Positions 19,885-30,010 are shown, counted from the stretch's first letter. The stretch is 64,000 nt of DNA from Alphaproteobacteria bacterium (GCA_964291265.2 OZ219747.1:1824001-1888000); one strand, 5' to 3'. Notes: generated by a model not told the origin, from the letters alone. Program-made: numbers and translations.

Positions 19885-21482
19885 GGGCTCAACTACTGCG
19901 CCGTCCCGGGAAGCAGTCAGTCCCTGCAGGAGTTCATGTGTCAATGCAAACGGCTGCTCATGCGTGCCCTTCGGCGACGCTCCCAGAAGGACTGCACCGA
20001 ATGGAGGGACATCGACACTCTTAGGATACTCGCCAAAATAATTGGACTATTTTGTGTCGCTACGCCATGCGTATATCATGGACGGGGTGGCGAACACGAT
20101 TCGATCCAAATATGTGGCGCTGGAGGCGGTCCTGGACGAGCGCTCGGCCGCGGCGGCATCGCCCGGGTCGTCGAGGTGACGGGGATGTCCCGCAACACGG
20201 TCCGTACCGGCCTGAGCGAACTGGACCAAGGCGCGGCGGTGCCGGAACCGGCCAGGCGGACCCGCCGTCCCGGCGGCGGCCGCAAGCGCCTGTCCGACCA
20301 GGACCCGGACCTGGTGAAGGCGCTGGAGTTCCATCTCGAACCGGCGACGCGCGGAGATCCGGAACGTCCGCTGCGCTGGACATCGCTGAGCGCGCGTCGC
20401 CTTGCCGACGCCCTCAGCGCCGAAGGCCATCCGGTCAGCGAGCGTACGATCAACCGGCTGCTCCACTCTCTCGGCTACAGCCTGCAGTCCAACCGCAAGA
20501 CGGTGGAGGGCCGCCAGCATCCGGACCGCGACGCGCAGTTCCGGCGCATCGATCGCAGGGTGCGGGCCTTCCAGAAGCTGGGCCAGCCGGTCATCTCGGT
20601 CGACACGAAGAAGAAGGAGCTTGTCGGCCCCTATCACAACGGCGGCAGGGAATGGCGTCCGAAGGGGGCCCCCGAGGAGGTCAACGTCCACGACTTTCCC
20701 GACCCGGCGCTCGGCAAGGCGATACCCTACGGCGTCTACGACATGACGGCCGACAAGGGCTGGGTCAGCGTCGGAACCGACCACGACACCGCGTCGTTCG
20801 CAGTGGAGAGCGTGCGGCGGTGGTGGCGGAGCATGGGCCGCTCCCTGTACCAGGACGCCCGCAGGCTCCTGATCACAGCCGATGGCGGCGGCTCCAACAG
20901 CAGCCGCAACCGGCTGTGGAAGGTCGAGCTGCAGCGCCTTGCCGTCGAACTTGGCCTGAAGATCTCTGTCTGCCACTTTCCGCCGGGTACGAGCAAGTGG
21001 AACAGGATCGAGCACCGCATGGTCTGCCACATCACCCGGAACTGGCGCGGACGGCCCCTGGTCAGCTGCCAGGTCATCGTTGACCTCATCGCCGCAACCA
21101 CGACCCGCTCCGGCCTGAAGATCCGGTCGAGGATCGATGACAACGAGTATCCTCTCGGCGTCAAGGTTTCCGACAAGCAGATGAAGGCCCTGAACATTCG
21201 CCGCGACGGCTTCCATGGCGAATGGAACTACACCCTGATCAACAAATCGCATTGATCAAGTTTTATTGTCGAGAACCCTTATTGCAGCCCACTGGCCCAG
21301 GATTCTGGTTGGTGACGGCCGGAGCACCGTCACCAAGCGGGTTTGGAACGTCAGCATCCGCCACCCGCGGCCAGGCCAGCGCCTTGACGTCAGGACCTGA
21401 AGGAGGAGCCGGACGCGACCAGCGCACGTCGGGACCTGTGCGGGGGGGGGGGGACCGGGGTAACCCGGTTCCCTGCCGCGAT
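19885..21482 (+). mobile_element. 5'-truncated, degenerate group II intron (maturase X-domain remnant + DV/DVI) interrupted by ISAzo13
   Basis: GLNYCAVPGSS...KRLLMRALRRRSQKD...TL|IAAHWPRI...IRHPRPGQRLDVRT*; DV-DVI GAGCCGGACGCG...CACGTCGGGACCTGTGCGGGGG...CCCTGCCGCGAT at 21406-21482. Confidence 0.8.
20024..21278 (+). mobile_element. ISAzo13-family insertion sequence; transposase 20078-21255 has an N-terminal frameshifting deletion
   Basis: VISVDTKKKELVG, LLITADGGGSN, HFPPGTSKWNRIEHR, FHGEWNYT; imperfect IRs GGATACTCGCCAA / rc GGGTTCTCGACAA; TTA duplicated on both sides. Confidence 0.92.
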
Positions 21483-21591
21483 GGCAGGCAGACGCTCGTG
21501 AACCGGCAGAACATGACTCTCGAACATGGGGGCCAATGGGTCCCGTTCTCCGGTATGTCATGCCGCCACTGCCTGTGCCATGATCCAGGTC

Positions 21592-22317
21592 ATGAGCGAC
21601 CGTCCAGTCTGTGTCATTGTCGGAGCCGGTGAGGGCCTTGGGCGCTCGCTGGCGGCGCGGTTCGCTGCCGGTGGCTGTGACATCGCCCTGGTGTCGCGGA
21701 CACGCGCAGGCAGCGCGTCGGCTCACGAGCATGCACGGGCCGCCAACGGCACCGTGGACGTGCGCTTCTTTGCCGCGGACGCCACCCGTCCGGTCACCGT
21801 GGAGGATGCCGTGGCGCAGGTGGCAGGGGAGATGGGCACCATCGAGGTCCTCATCTACAACGCCCGGGGAGACTTCACCCGTTGCGCTCCGCTGGACATG
21901 ACCTACGCCCAGCTCGAGGAGGTTCTCCATGTGGAGGTGATGGGTGCCTTCGCGGCGGCCCGCGCGGTGTTGCCGGCCATGCGCACCAGAGGGAGCGGTA
22001 CCATCATGTTCTCCAGTGCCACCGCCGCCTTTCGTGGTTCCGCCACCCATCCGCTCTATGCCATCGGCAAGTTCGCTCTGAGGGGGCTGGCGCAATGCCT
22101 GGCCAAGGCCCATGCACAAGACGGCGTCCACGTCGTCCACATGAGACTCGACTGTGACCTCGACGTGCCGGTCATGCGGGAGGTCTACGATGACCTGGCT
22201 GGTCTGGCCGATCCCGATGGCGTGGCCGACACCTACTGGTGGGTGCATCGCCAGCCGCCTTCGGCATGGAGCAACGAGGTGGAACTGAGACCCTTCAGCG
22301 AGACATGGACCATCTGA
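21592..22317 (+). CDS. Short-chain dehydrogenase/reductase
   Basis: IVGAGEGLG, LIYNA, YAIGKFALRGLAQ. Confidence 0.9.
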   Translation: MSDRPVCVIVGAGEGLGRSLAARFAAGGCDIALVSRTRAGSASAHEHARAANGTVDVRFFAADATRPVTVEDAVAQVAGEMGTIEVLIYNARGDFTRCAPLDMTYAQLEEVLHVEVMGAFAAARAVLPAMRTRGSGTIMFSSATAAFRGSATHPLYAIGKFALRGLAQCLAKAHAQDGVHVVHMRLDCDLDVPVMREVYDDLAGLADPDGVADTYWWVHRQPPSAWSNEVELRPFSETWTI

Positions 22318-22461
22318 CGTGCGGTGGACTGAAGACGTGAACACCGGATGATGCCTGTGCGTCCGGTACTCATGCTTCCCGCTCCTCCCGTTCCATGTTC
22401 GTCGCCGGTCACACTCGCGCCCTGAGACCCGTCAGAGAAGTGCCACGACAATGAGGGAATG

Positions 22462-22585
22462 GTAAGCGTTCGATCAAGGGGTGACGAAGGTAAGGATGAC
22501 AGTGACAACTGCGCACTGCTCCGGAACTCGCCTGCATGCGCTCGGTGCTGTCATCGTCCCAATCACCGCGTGACCGAACGCTTAC
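22462..22585. mobile_element. IS66-related MITE copy 2
   Basis: GTAAGCGTTCGATCA ... ATCACCGCGTGACCGAACGCTTAC; right end nearly identical to the IS66 right end at 55810. Confidence 0.85.
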
Positions 22586-22775
22586 CGAGAAGGTGCCTCA
22601 TCCGGCTGCGCACAGTCTTCTCGGCAAGGCCTGTTGACCGGGCGATTCGCGCCAGGGACCGCCGGCCATCCTCCTGGAGGTGTTCGACGATGGCGCGGTC
22701 GGCAGGATCGAGGGCCGGCGCCTGTCTGAGAAAGGCGCCCGGAAGCGGGGACGTCTCCAGCCTAGCGATCGACAA
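22586..22775 (-). pseudogene. Lrp/AsnC regulator, HTH only, truncated at the MITE
   Basis: LDPADRAIVEHLQEDGRRSLARIARSTGLAEKTVRSRMRHL then runs into the MITE end. Confidence 0.8.
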
Positions 22776-23619
22776 GCTTCAGTGAACGGGCGAACACCTC
22801 GCTCGTGGACTCTGCCAGGCGTTCGAGTTCGCCAAAGTGGTTTTCACCGGGAACGTCGTAACGTTCCATTGTTCGCTGCTCGGTGCGAAATGTGGCGCAG
22901 TAGGCGTCCGACTGGCGGGTGAATTCCGGGGTCTCGCCGCCACCGGCAATGACGAGGTGGGGCGCGTTGCCGTGCATCTCCATGAACAGGGGGCTCTGGC
23001 GCCGTGCCTCGGCGATGTCCATCTGTGGTCCGGCATTGATCGAGGTGTGAACCAGGGGTTCGAGTTCGAAGACTCCCGAGATCGGCACGGCGGCCCGGAC
23101 GAGGTCACAAGGCAGGGTGGAATCGAAGGCCGGCCAGTCCGTCGCCATCATCATCGCCGTCAGGTGTCCGCCGGCGGAGTGCCCCATGACCGACAGACGC
23201 TCGCGATCGAATCGAAGGTCGCCGGCATGGTGCCACAGCCAGGCCATGCACCGCCGCGCCTGGCGCGCGATGTCACCTATGCGGCATGCCGGTGTCAGCG
23301 TGTAGTTGATCACCGCGACGTTGACTCCGGCGTCCAGGAAGGGCTCCGCGACGAAGCTGTATATGTCCTTGTCGCCGCATTGCCAGTAGCCGCCGTGGAA
23401 ATAGACGAGAAGCGGACCGTCCGCGGCGGCGCGAAAGAGATCGAGCCTGTCGCGGTCCCCGCTGCCATAGGCGAGATCGATCGCCACATCGCGTGAGTCA
23501 CGGAGTGCCGCGCTGCGCTTGAGCCAGCGCACTACCACGGCATCGAAGTCGGCTTCCTTGCTGCGCAGTTCGTACTGGTGCTCCAGCTCTTCGGCATTCA
23601 TGCCGCGGTAGAGGTCCAT
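22762..23619 (-). CDS. Alpha/beta hydrolase (arylformamidase-like)
   Basis: YFHGGYWQ oxyanion motif, GHSAGGHL nucleophile, ENHF. Confidence 0.88.
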   Translation of the reverse strand: MDLYRGMNAEELEHQYELRSKEADFDAVVVRWLKRSAALRDSRDVAIDLAYGSGDRDRLDLFRAAADGPLLVYFHGGYWQCGDKDIYSFVAEPFLDAGVNVAVINYTLTPACRIGDIARQARRCMAWLWHHAGDLRFDRERLSVMGHSAGGHLTAMMMATDWPAFDSTLPCDLVRAAVPISGVFELEPLVHTSINAGPQMDIAEARRQSPLFMEMHGNAPHLVIAGGGETPEFTRQSDAYCATFRTEQRTMERYDVPGENHFGELERLAESTSEVFARSLKLVDR

Positions 23620-23734
23620 CGTCGCTGCCTTGGCGCATGGAGACAGGACCGTATGACGAAAATGGACATTGACGCAAGGCAATTCGGCGAATTACGCTAG
23701 TATTGTCAGGAACATTCGTGAAATCAGGAAACCC

Positions 23735-24823
23735 ATGCTGGTTGGCCTCCTGCAGGAAGCGGAGTTGATGGAGGGTGTCGACGTCGCCCAGCGCTACTGG
23801 GAGATGATCGAGGAGGTGGCGCTCGCCGACAGGCTCGGTTTTTCCTGTTGGGGAACGTCCGAACAGCACTTCTCTGCGCCGCGATTTGCCGTGGCCGCGC
23901 CCGAGGTGCTCTATGCCGCGGTGGCGCAGCACACCCGGAACATCAGACTGCGTGTCATGTGCGCGGTGCTGCTGGCGTGGAACCATCCGATCCTGGTGGC
24001 CGAGAGGCTGGCGACTCTCGACATCGTTTCGAAGGGGCGGGCGGAACTGGCGACGGCGCGCTCGAACAATGTCCATACCCTTGAAGCCTTCGGTGTCGAT
24101 CCCGCCGCCACCCGCCAGCAGTGGGCTGATTCCATCGAGGTCATCGTCAAGGCGTTCTGTGACGACATGCTGGAACACGATGGTCCGGTGTGGAAGATCC
24201 CGCCGCGGGAAATCGTGCCCAAGCCGGTGCAGAAACCCCATCCCCCGCTGTCGGTGGCGGCCTCCAGTGTCCAGTCCCACGTGGCGGCCGGCGAGCGCGG
24301 CATCGGCGCCCTGTGTTTCGAGAGCTATTTCGGATTTCCCTACCTGCAGGACTGCATCGACGGGTATCGCGCCGGTCTTGCGAAGGGAACCGCCATGGCG
24401 CCGCGGCGAACGGAGCACATGGGTCTCTACGTCGCGACGGCCTTTTGCGCCGAGACGCGCGGGGAAGCCTGCCGCATCGCCCGCGATGTCGCCATGGGTT
24501 ACTACCAGTTCCTTGTCGACATCTACGTGCCCCTGGGCAAGCAGCAGTCCTACGAATACCTCGACGACAAGCTCAAACTCCTCGTCGACCACCGGGACGA
24601 CTTCGATTATCTCCTCACCCAGACGCCGTCGATCATGATCGGCACGCCGGATGACTTCGTTCAGCGCATCGAGCGTCTCGAAGCCATGGGGATCGACGAG
24701 ATTCTGATGAGGATCGACGGCGTCGCTCACGAGGACATCATGCGGAGTCTCCGCCTGATCGGCGCGGAGGTCATCCCGCGCCTCTCGCGAACGCGCCAGC
24801 AGGATGCGGCGCCCGTCCCTTGA
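23735..24823 (+). CDS. LLM-class (luciferase-like) flavin-dependent monooxygenase
   Basis: ADRLGFSCWGTSEQHF, HPILVAERLATLDIVSKGR, PKPVQKPHPP. Confidence 0.9.
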   Translation: MLVGLLQEAELMEGVDVAQRYWEMIEEVALADRLGFSCWGTSEQHFSAPRFAVAAPEVLYAAVAQHTRNIRLRVMCAVLLAWNHPILVAERLATLDIVSKGRAELATARSNNVHTLEAFGVDPAATRQQWADSIEVIVKAFCDDMLEHDGPVWKIPPREIVPKPVQKPHPPLSVAASSVQSHVAAGERGIGALCFESYFGFPYLQDCIDGYRAGLAKGTAMAPRRTEHMGLYVATAFCAETRGEACRIARDVAMGYYQFLVDIYVPLGKQQSYEYLDDKLKLLVDHRDDFDYLLTQTPSIMIGTPDDFVQRIERLEAMGIDEILMRIDGVAHEDIMRSLRLIGAEVIPRLSRTRQQDAAPVP

Positions 24824-24945
24824 CGACGGCTGGGGCTGCATGGCTCTGTCTTCCTGTCGCGCTTGCGGACAAGCAGTGGAGCGCAGCATGCTGCCTCGGC
24901 GGCTCGATCGGACTTCCCGGCGGACCATGGCGCCGTGTTCCGCGG

Positions 24946-25057
24946 CCGCGCCATTCGATCGCGTGATGACAAGGGGATGATGGGACTGAGAGAAATGCAG
25001 GCGAACACCAGGGCAATGCGCAGTTGCCGCCTCATCACCCCTTGACCGAACGCTCAC
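24946..25057. mobile_element. IS66-related MITE copy 3 (degenerate left end)
   Basis: TGCGCAGTTGCC...TCACCCCTTGACCGAACGCTCAC shared with copies at 49317 and (reverse) 22462. Confidence 0.65.
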
Positions 25058-25227
25058 GTTGCCTCGGCATCCACCACCTTGCCCGTCGCCAAATGCACCA
25101 CCTCTTCCGGGTTCCCTTTGAGACCCTGCGCGATCCCGAAGGCGCGCGCTCACCGCGGCCTGTTCAATGACGGCATGCAGCGGTTGCCATGCCGGCTGAC
25201 GCCGCGGCGCGTGGCATCGCGAGTGCC

Positions 25228-25256
25228 TTGACTTTGCCGGATGCCGACCGTATACG
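25228..25256 (+). promoter_or_regulatory. Putative sigma70 promoter of tRNA-Met
   Basis: TTGACT-17 nt-TATACG, 15 nt upstream of the tRNA. Confidence 0.55.
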
Positions 25257-25271
25257 CACCTCGCCTTCCCG

Positions 25272-25347
25272 GGCGGAGTAGCTCAGTTGGTAGAGCAGGG
25301 GAATCATAATCCCTGGGTCGGGGGTTCAAGTCCCTCCTCCGCTACCA
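25272..25347 (+). tRNA. tRNA-Met (CAT), elongator type
   Basis: GGCGGAGTAGCTCAGTTGG...AATCATAAT...GGTTCAAGTCC...CTCCGCTACCA; full cloverleaf with encoded CCA. Confidence 0.95.
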
Positions 25348-25859
25348 CCTCCCCGTGTCCGAACGTTGTCCGACGCGATGACGGCGCGTCCCAGATCGAG
25401 GAGGGCCTTTTTCAGCGCAGGATCCTGCACGGGTGCGACAAGACGTTCGAGATGGGCCGCCTCCGCGGCATCCAGCGTCCGTGGCTCCCGCCGCCGCTGC
25501 GCCGGTCGGGGAGTGTCGATGTAGCCCTGCTTCAGCCTGATGCGGTCGATGACAGGATCCTCTGCGGTGCCGAGGTATCTGTTGATGCGTTCCAGTATGA
25601 CGGGTTCCTGCAGCTGCATCGTGGGAGCGTGGGACGGTGTGACGAGGACGGTGAGGGTGCTGCCGGATATCCGTGCCGGACGGCTGTTTTCGGCGGTTTC
25701 GCGACTAACGAAACCGACGATGTCGGCCCAGTCGATGAAGACGCGGGCGCGGGCGAAGCCCTTGCGTCGGAAGGCGCGTCCCGCAGCCTGCGGCAGGATC
25801 CTTCCCAGATGGACGAATCGTCCTTGTGCGCTTCGCGCCCGGTTCGTCCTGTCAGGCAT
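25326..25859 (-). CDS. DUF721/DciA family protein
   Basis: AFRRKGF...DWADIVG...TLTV...ILERINRYLG...IRLKQG; divergent from mutY; stop lies within the tRNA 3' end. Confidence 0.8.
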   Translation of the reverse strand: MPDRTNRARSAQGRFVHLGRILPQAAGRAFRRKGFARARVFIDWADIVGFVSRETAENSRPARISGSTLTVLVTPSHAPTMQLQEPVILERINRYLGTAEDPVIDRIRLKQGYIDTPRPAQRRREPRTLDAAEAAHLERLVAPVQDPALKKALLDLGRAVIASDNVRTRGGGSGGGT

Positions 25860-25896
25860 GCCGTGATGACCGTGTGGACAGGGCGCAGGCAAGGCG

Positions 25897-26955
25897 ATGC
25901 CCCCCGCTGACCGCCTGCTGGCGTGGTACGACCGCCACGGCAGGGACCTGCCGTGGCGCGCTGCGGGCATTGGCGACCCCTACCGCGTCTGGCTTGCCGA
26001 AGTCATGCTGCAGCAGACCACGGTGCCGGTCGTCATTCCCTACTATCGCCGATTCCTCGAACGCTGGCCGACGCTCGCCGCCCTGGCCGCCGCGGACCGT
26101 GACGACGTCCTCGCCCTGTGGGCGGGTCTCGGCTACTACGCCCGTGCCACACGGCTTCATGCGTGTGCCAGCGTGATCGTGCGCGACCACGCGGGACGGT
26201 TTCCGGGGACCGCGGCGGAACTGAAGGGTCTGCCGGGGATCGGCGCCTACACCGCCGGAGCGATCGCGGCGATTGCCTTCGATCAGCCGGAAGCCGCGGT
26301 CGATGGCAACGTCGTGCGCGTGATGGCCCGCTACCTTGCGGTTGACGAACCCGCCCACCGCCTCCAGAGAACCGTTGCCGATGCCGTCTCGGATATGGTG
26401 CCGCGTCATCGGCCCGGCGACTTTGCCCAGGCCCTCATGGATCTCGGCTCCATGGTGTGCACGCCCCGCGCGCCCCGCTGCGGAGCGTGTCCCCTCCATG
26501 GGGAGTGCAGGGCGAGGCGTTGCGGTCTTGTCGACAGCCTGCCCCGCCGGGGTCTCCGCAGGCGGCGCCCCCGGCGCCAGGCCATGGCTTTCTGGTTGGA
26601 GAGCGCCGATGGCCGGGTGATGCTGACCAGGCGCAGCGGGGAGTCTCTCCTGAAAGACATGCTTGAGGTTCCGTCGACTCCTTGGCGCGACGATGCCTGG
26701 ACCCTGCAGGACGCGCTCGCTCATGCGCCACGGGCGGACAACTGGTCGCTCCTTGCCGGGTCCGTGGAGCACGCCTTCACCCACGTTGCCGTCACCTTCC
26801 GCGTTGCCTGCCATCGGGGTCCGGCGCCGGCCGCCGGTGACAACTGGCACGCACGGGAAGCGTTCCCGTCCCTGGCTCTGCCCGCCATGACCTGGAAGAT
26901 CATCGATCACGTCGATGCCACAAGGCGGGAGACGGGAGCGAACGAGCGGCGGTGA
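25897..26955 (+). CDS. mutY: A/G-specific adenine glycosylase
   Basis: LLAWYDRHGRDLPWR, EVMLQQT, LPGIGAYTA, VDGNVVRV, CTPRAPRCGACPL...C. Confidence 0.95.
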   Translation: MPPADRLLAWYDRHGRDLPWRAAGIGDPYRVWLAEVMLQQTTVPVVIPYYRRFLERWPTLAALAAADRDDVLALWAGLGYYARATRLHACASVIVRDHAGRFPGTAAELKGLPGIGAYTAGAIAAIAFDQPEAAVDGNVVRVMARYLAVDEPAHRLQRTVADAVSDMVPRHRPGDFAQALMDLGSMVCTPRAPRCGACPLHGECRARRCGLVDSLPRRGLRRRRPRRQAMAFWLESADGRVMLTRRSGESLLKDMLEVPSTPWRDDAWTLQDALAHAPRADNWSLLAGSVEHAFTHVAVTFRVACHRGPAPAAGDNWHAREAFPSLALPAMTWKIIDHVDATRRETGANERR

Positions 26956-27512
26956 TGGGGTGTGGGCCCGTGGCGCTCGAGCGCACGCGCGTGCTCGCGC
27001 GTTCCGTAACCGGCATTGCGCTGCCAGCCGTAGTCCGGGAACGAGCGGGCGAGATCGGCCATGATCCCGTCCCGGGTCACCTTGGCGACGATGGACGCCG
27101 CGGCAATGGAAAGGCACACGGCGTCACCCCTCACGACAGCTGTCGCGGCACAGGCCAGCGCCGGGACCCGGTTGCCGTCGATCAGGGCGTGCGCCGGCGC
27201 CACTGGCAACGCATCCACGGCCCTCGCCATGGCGAGCATGGTGGCTTCGAGGATGTTGAGACGATCGATATCCTCGACACTGGCACTGCCGACACCCGTC
27301 AAGGCCGCATCCATCAATCGCGCCATCAAGTCATTCCGGCGCGTCGGCGAGAGCTTCTTCGAGTCATCGAGGCCGTCCGGAATTCTCCTCGGATCAAGGA
27401 TCACCGCCGCCGCGATCACCGGACCGGCCCAGCTCCCGCGGCCGGCTTCGTCGATGCCGGCGACAGGCTGCGGCAACCGTCCTTCCCGGTCGAAGTCAGG
27501 AACCGGGCTCAT
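26907..27512 (-). CDS. rnhB: Ribonuclease HII
   Basis: GIDEAGRG, DDSKKL, ALIDGN, SIAAASIVAKVTRD, HRRSFAPV. Confidence 0.95.
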   Translation of the reverse strand: MSPVPDFDREGRLPQPVAGIDEAGRGSWAGPVIAAAVILDPRRIPDGLDDSKKLSPTRRNDLMARLMDAALTGVGSASVEDIDRLNILEATMLAMARAVDALPVAPAHALIDGNRVPALACAATAVVRGDAVCLSIAAASIVAKVTRDGIMADLARSFPDYGWQRNAGYGTREHARALERHGPTPHHRRSFAPVSRLVAST

Positions 27513-28815
27513 CGGACCTCTTGTCCTGGAGTGCCGGAGAACGCCTGCGGCGACGCACGGCAGCTTGCGTCCTGCGCACCCAGCCCAAGCCGCGGTCCGC
27601 GCTGACGGCGGCCAGGGGATAGAGCCGCTCCATGAGTTCGCGCAGTGTCTCGGCGTTGGAGGCGAGAGACTGGATCCTGCGGGCGCTGTTGAGCCACACC
27701 GGCGAGATGATGAGGCTGAGCGCGATGACGGCGATGAACAGGCGGTACCCCTCCTGATCGACGGCCCCCGTCGACAGGCCAAGCGCCATCAGGACGAAGG
27801 AGAATTCCCCGACCTGTCCCAGGGCGACACCGCCCAGCCACGCGCGTGGCCAGGGCTCCTTCAGGAGCCTCAGGATGCCGACGTTCATCGCCGTCTTGCC
27901 CAGGGTCACGAGAAGAAGCATGAGGAAGATGGCCTCGAGGTTCTCGAGGATGAACTTCACGTCGATGAGCAGGCCGATCGACAGGAAGAACACCATGAGC
28001 AGCACGCCCTGGAGGGGCAGGGTGACGTGCAGAAGGGTGGCCCGGTCCGTGCTGGCGCCGAGCACCAGACCGGCAAGGAAGGCGCCATAGGCCGTCGAAA
28101 TGCCGAACAGACCGCTGATCGCGGCCGCCCCGAAGCACAAGGCCATCACGCCGACGGCAATGAGGTCCGCCTGCCCGCGGGCCAGGGCCTCGACGGGAAA
28201 GTTGATGCCGCGCCCGCGGGCGAGGAACCACAGAAGGAGAAGAAGGATCAGGACAGACCCGATCACCGGCATGACGGAGTTGAACGTGATGTCTTCCTCC
28301 GTGCCGATGGCCGATACGAACAGCATCATCGGGATGAACGCCAGATCCTGGGCGATGAGAATTCCAATGGCCCTCCGGCCGGTCTCGCTGTCGATCTCGC
28401 CGACATCCTCGAGGAGCTTGATGGTGACGGCGGTGGACGACAGCGCCACGCCGAATCCGACCAGAACGCTGAGTTCCCACGGCCATCCCAGTGGCCAAGA
28501 GCAGAGCAGGATGACCGCCGTCGCGATGGCGACCTGCAGGCCGGTGACGACGAAGGAGAACCGGATGACGGAGCGGAAATTCGAGACATCGAGTTCCATG
28601 CCGATGCTGAACAGGAGAAGCAGCACGCCGAGTTCGGCGAGGATGTTGATCTGTTCGCGATCCTCGACGAACCCCATCACCGAGGGGCCGAGAACGACAC
28701 CGGCGAGGATGTAGCCGACAATGGCCGGTTGGCGGAATCGTCCCAGCAACAGACCACAGACGAGTGCGACGGTCACGACGATCGTGATGTCGGTCAACTG
28801 GTCTCCATGATCCAT
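27496..28815 (-). CDS. CPA2-family cation:proton antiporter
   Basis: Multi-TM; AELGVLLLLFSIGMEL, ALSSTAV, GILIAQD, LGQVGEFSF. Confidence 0.92.
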   Translation of the reverse strand: MDHGDQLTDITIVVTVALVCGLLLGRFRQPAIVGYILAGVVLGPSVMGFVEDREQINILAELGVLLLLFSIGMELDVSNFRSVIRFSFVVTGLQVAIATAVILLCSWPLGWPWELSVLVGFGVALSSTAVTIKLLEDVGEIDSETGRRAIGILIAQDLAFIPMMLFVSAIGTEEDITFNSVMPVIGSVLILLLLLWFLARGRGINFPVEALARGQADLIAVGVMALCFGAAAISGLFGISTAYGAFLAGLVLGASTDRATLLHVTLPLQGVLLMVFFLSIGLLIDVKFILENLEAIFLMLLLVTLGKTAMNVGILRLLKEPWPRAWLGGVALGQVGEFSFVLMALGLSTGAVDQEGYRLFIAVIALSLIISPVWLNSARRIQSLASNAETLRELMERLYPLAAVSADRGLGWVRRTQAAVRRRRRSPALQDKRSDEPGS

Positions 28816-28876
28816 GGCTCGACTCTACCACGTGACGGACGGCCGGTCAGCCGGGACAACCGCGCTTCGACCGGCC

Positions 28877-29947
28877 TCAGAAGAGCGAGGCCTGGCGGGG
28901 ATCGGCGGATGGGTGAACGAACTGTGTCGTGTCGAGGGACCAGGAGCGGCGATCGAGACCGTATCGTTGGCGCGCCATGGAAATCCTGCGTGACACGAGA
29001 TCCGCAACCGGACCGGTTCCCGTCATTCTCATGCCCCATCCGGAATCGTAGTCCCTGCCGCCGCGGCACTGCCTGATGAGCGTCATGACCCGCCTTGCTC
29101 GGCCTGACTCGTGGGTCATCAGCCATTCCTGGAACAGCTCCCGGATCTCGAGCGGCAGGCGCAACAGGACATGGCTGGCGCTTGTCGCACCGGCGGCGGC
29201 GGCGTCCCTGATGATGTTCTCGATTTCGTGGTCATTCAGTCCCGGGATGACCGGCGCCACCATGACACCGGTGGGAATCCCCACCGCACTCAGGCTTTCG
29301 ATGGCCCTGAGGCGCACCAGGGGCGTGGGTGCGCGGGGTTCCATGCGCCTTGCAAGGGCGCGGTCGAGCGTCGTGATGGAGATGAAGACGCGGACGAGAT
29401 TCATTCCGGCCATGGGAGCCAGCAGATCGAGATCCCGCTCGATGAGGGACGATTTGGTGACGATGCCGCACGGATGCCGACATTCGCTCAAGACCTCGAG
29501 AATCTGGCGCGTGATGCGGTAGCGGCGCTCGATCGGCTGGTAGGGATCCGTGTTGCTGCCAAGGGACATGACCTTCGGCCGGTAGGAAGGGCGTGCGAGG
29601 TGTCGGCGCAACAGGACGGCAGCGTCCGGCTTCATCACGAGTTTCGTTTCGAAGTCAAGGCCGGGAGACAGACCGAGCCAGGCATGGGACGGGCGCGCAT
29701 AGCAGTAGATGCAGCCGTGCTCGCATCCACGATAGGGATTGATCGAATGCTCGAAGGGGATATCCGGCGACGTGTTGCGGGTGATGATGCTGCGGCTCGA
29801 ATCGACGGCCACCTCGGTGCGCAGGGGGGGGAGGTCCTCCTCGACGGTGTTCCAGCCGTCATCGAACGCTTCGCGCTGCAGGGTCTCGAAGCGACCGCTC
29901 CGGTTGGTCACGGCCGCACGGCCCCTGTGCTGGCGGATATCGGACAT
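28877..29947 (-). CDS. PA0069/Rv2578c-family radical SAM protein
   Basis: SINPYRGCEHGCIYCYARPSH, NTDPYQPIE. Confidence 0.92.
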   Translation of the reverse strand: MSDIRQHRGRAAVTNRSGRFETLQREAFDDGWNTVEEDLPPLRTEVAVDSSRSIITRNTSPDIPFEHSINPYRGCEHGCIYCYARPSHAWLGLSPGLDFETKLVMKPDAAVLLRRHLARPSYRPKVMSLGSNTDPYQPIERRYRITRQILEVLSECRHPCGIVTKSSLIERDLDLLAPMAGMNLVRVFISITTLDRALARRMEPRAPTPLVRLRAIESLSAVGIPTGVMVAPVIPGLNDHEIENIIRDAAAAGATSASHVLLRLPLEIRELFQEWLMTHESGRARRVMTLIRQCRGGRDYDSGWGMRMTGTGPVADLVSRRISMARQRYGLDRRSWSLDTTQFVHPSADPRQASLF

Positions 29948-30010
29948 GTCAGAACAATACCAGAACACGCAGGATCCCGGCAACCCCCCGATTGCGCTAT
30001 GATGACGCGG

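Noticed and set aside
19936-21255. 439-aa ORF as a novel extended transposase
   Set aside because: Chimeric reading: intron maturase remnant plus IS left end running into the transposase frame.
25272-25347. tRNA-Met as integration site of an island
   Set aside because: No duplicate of the tRNA 3' end noticed, and downstream genes are core.
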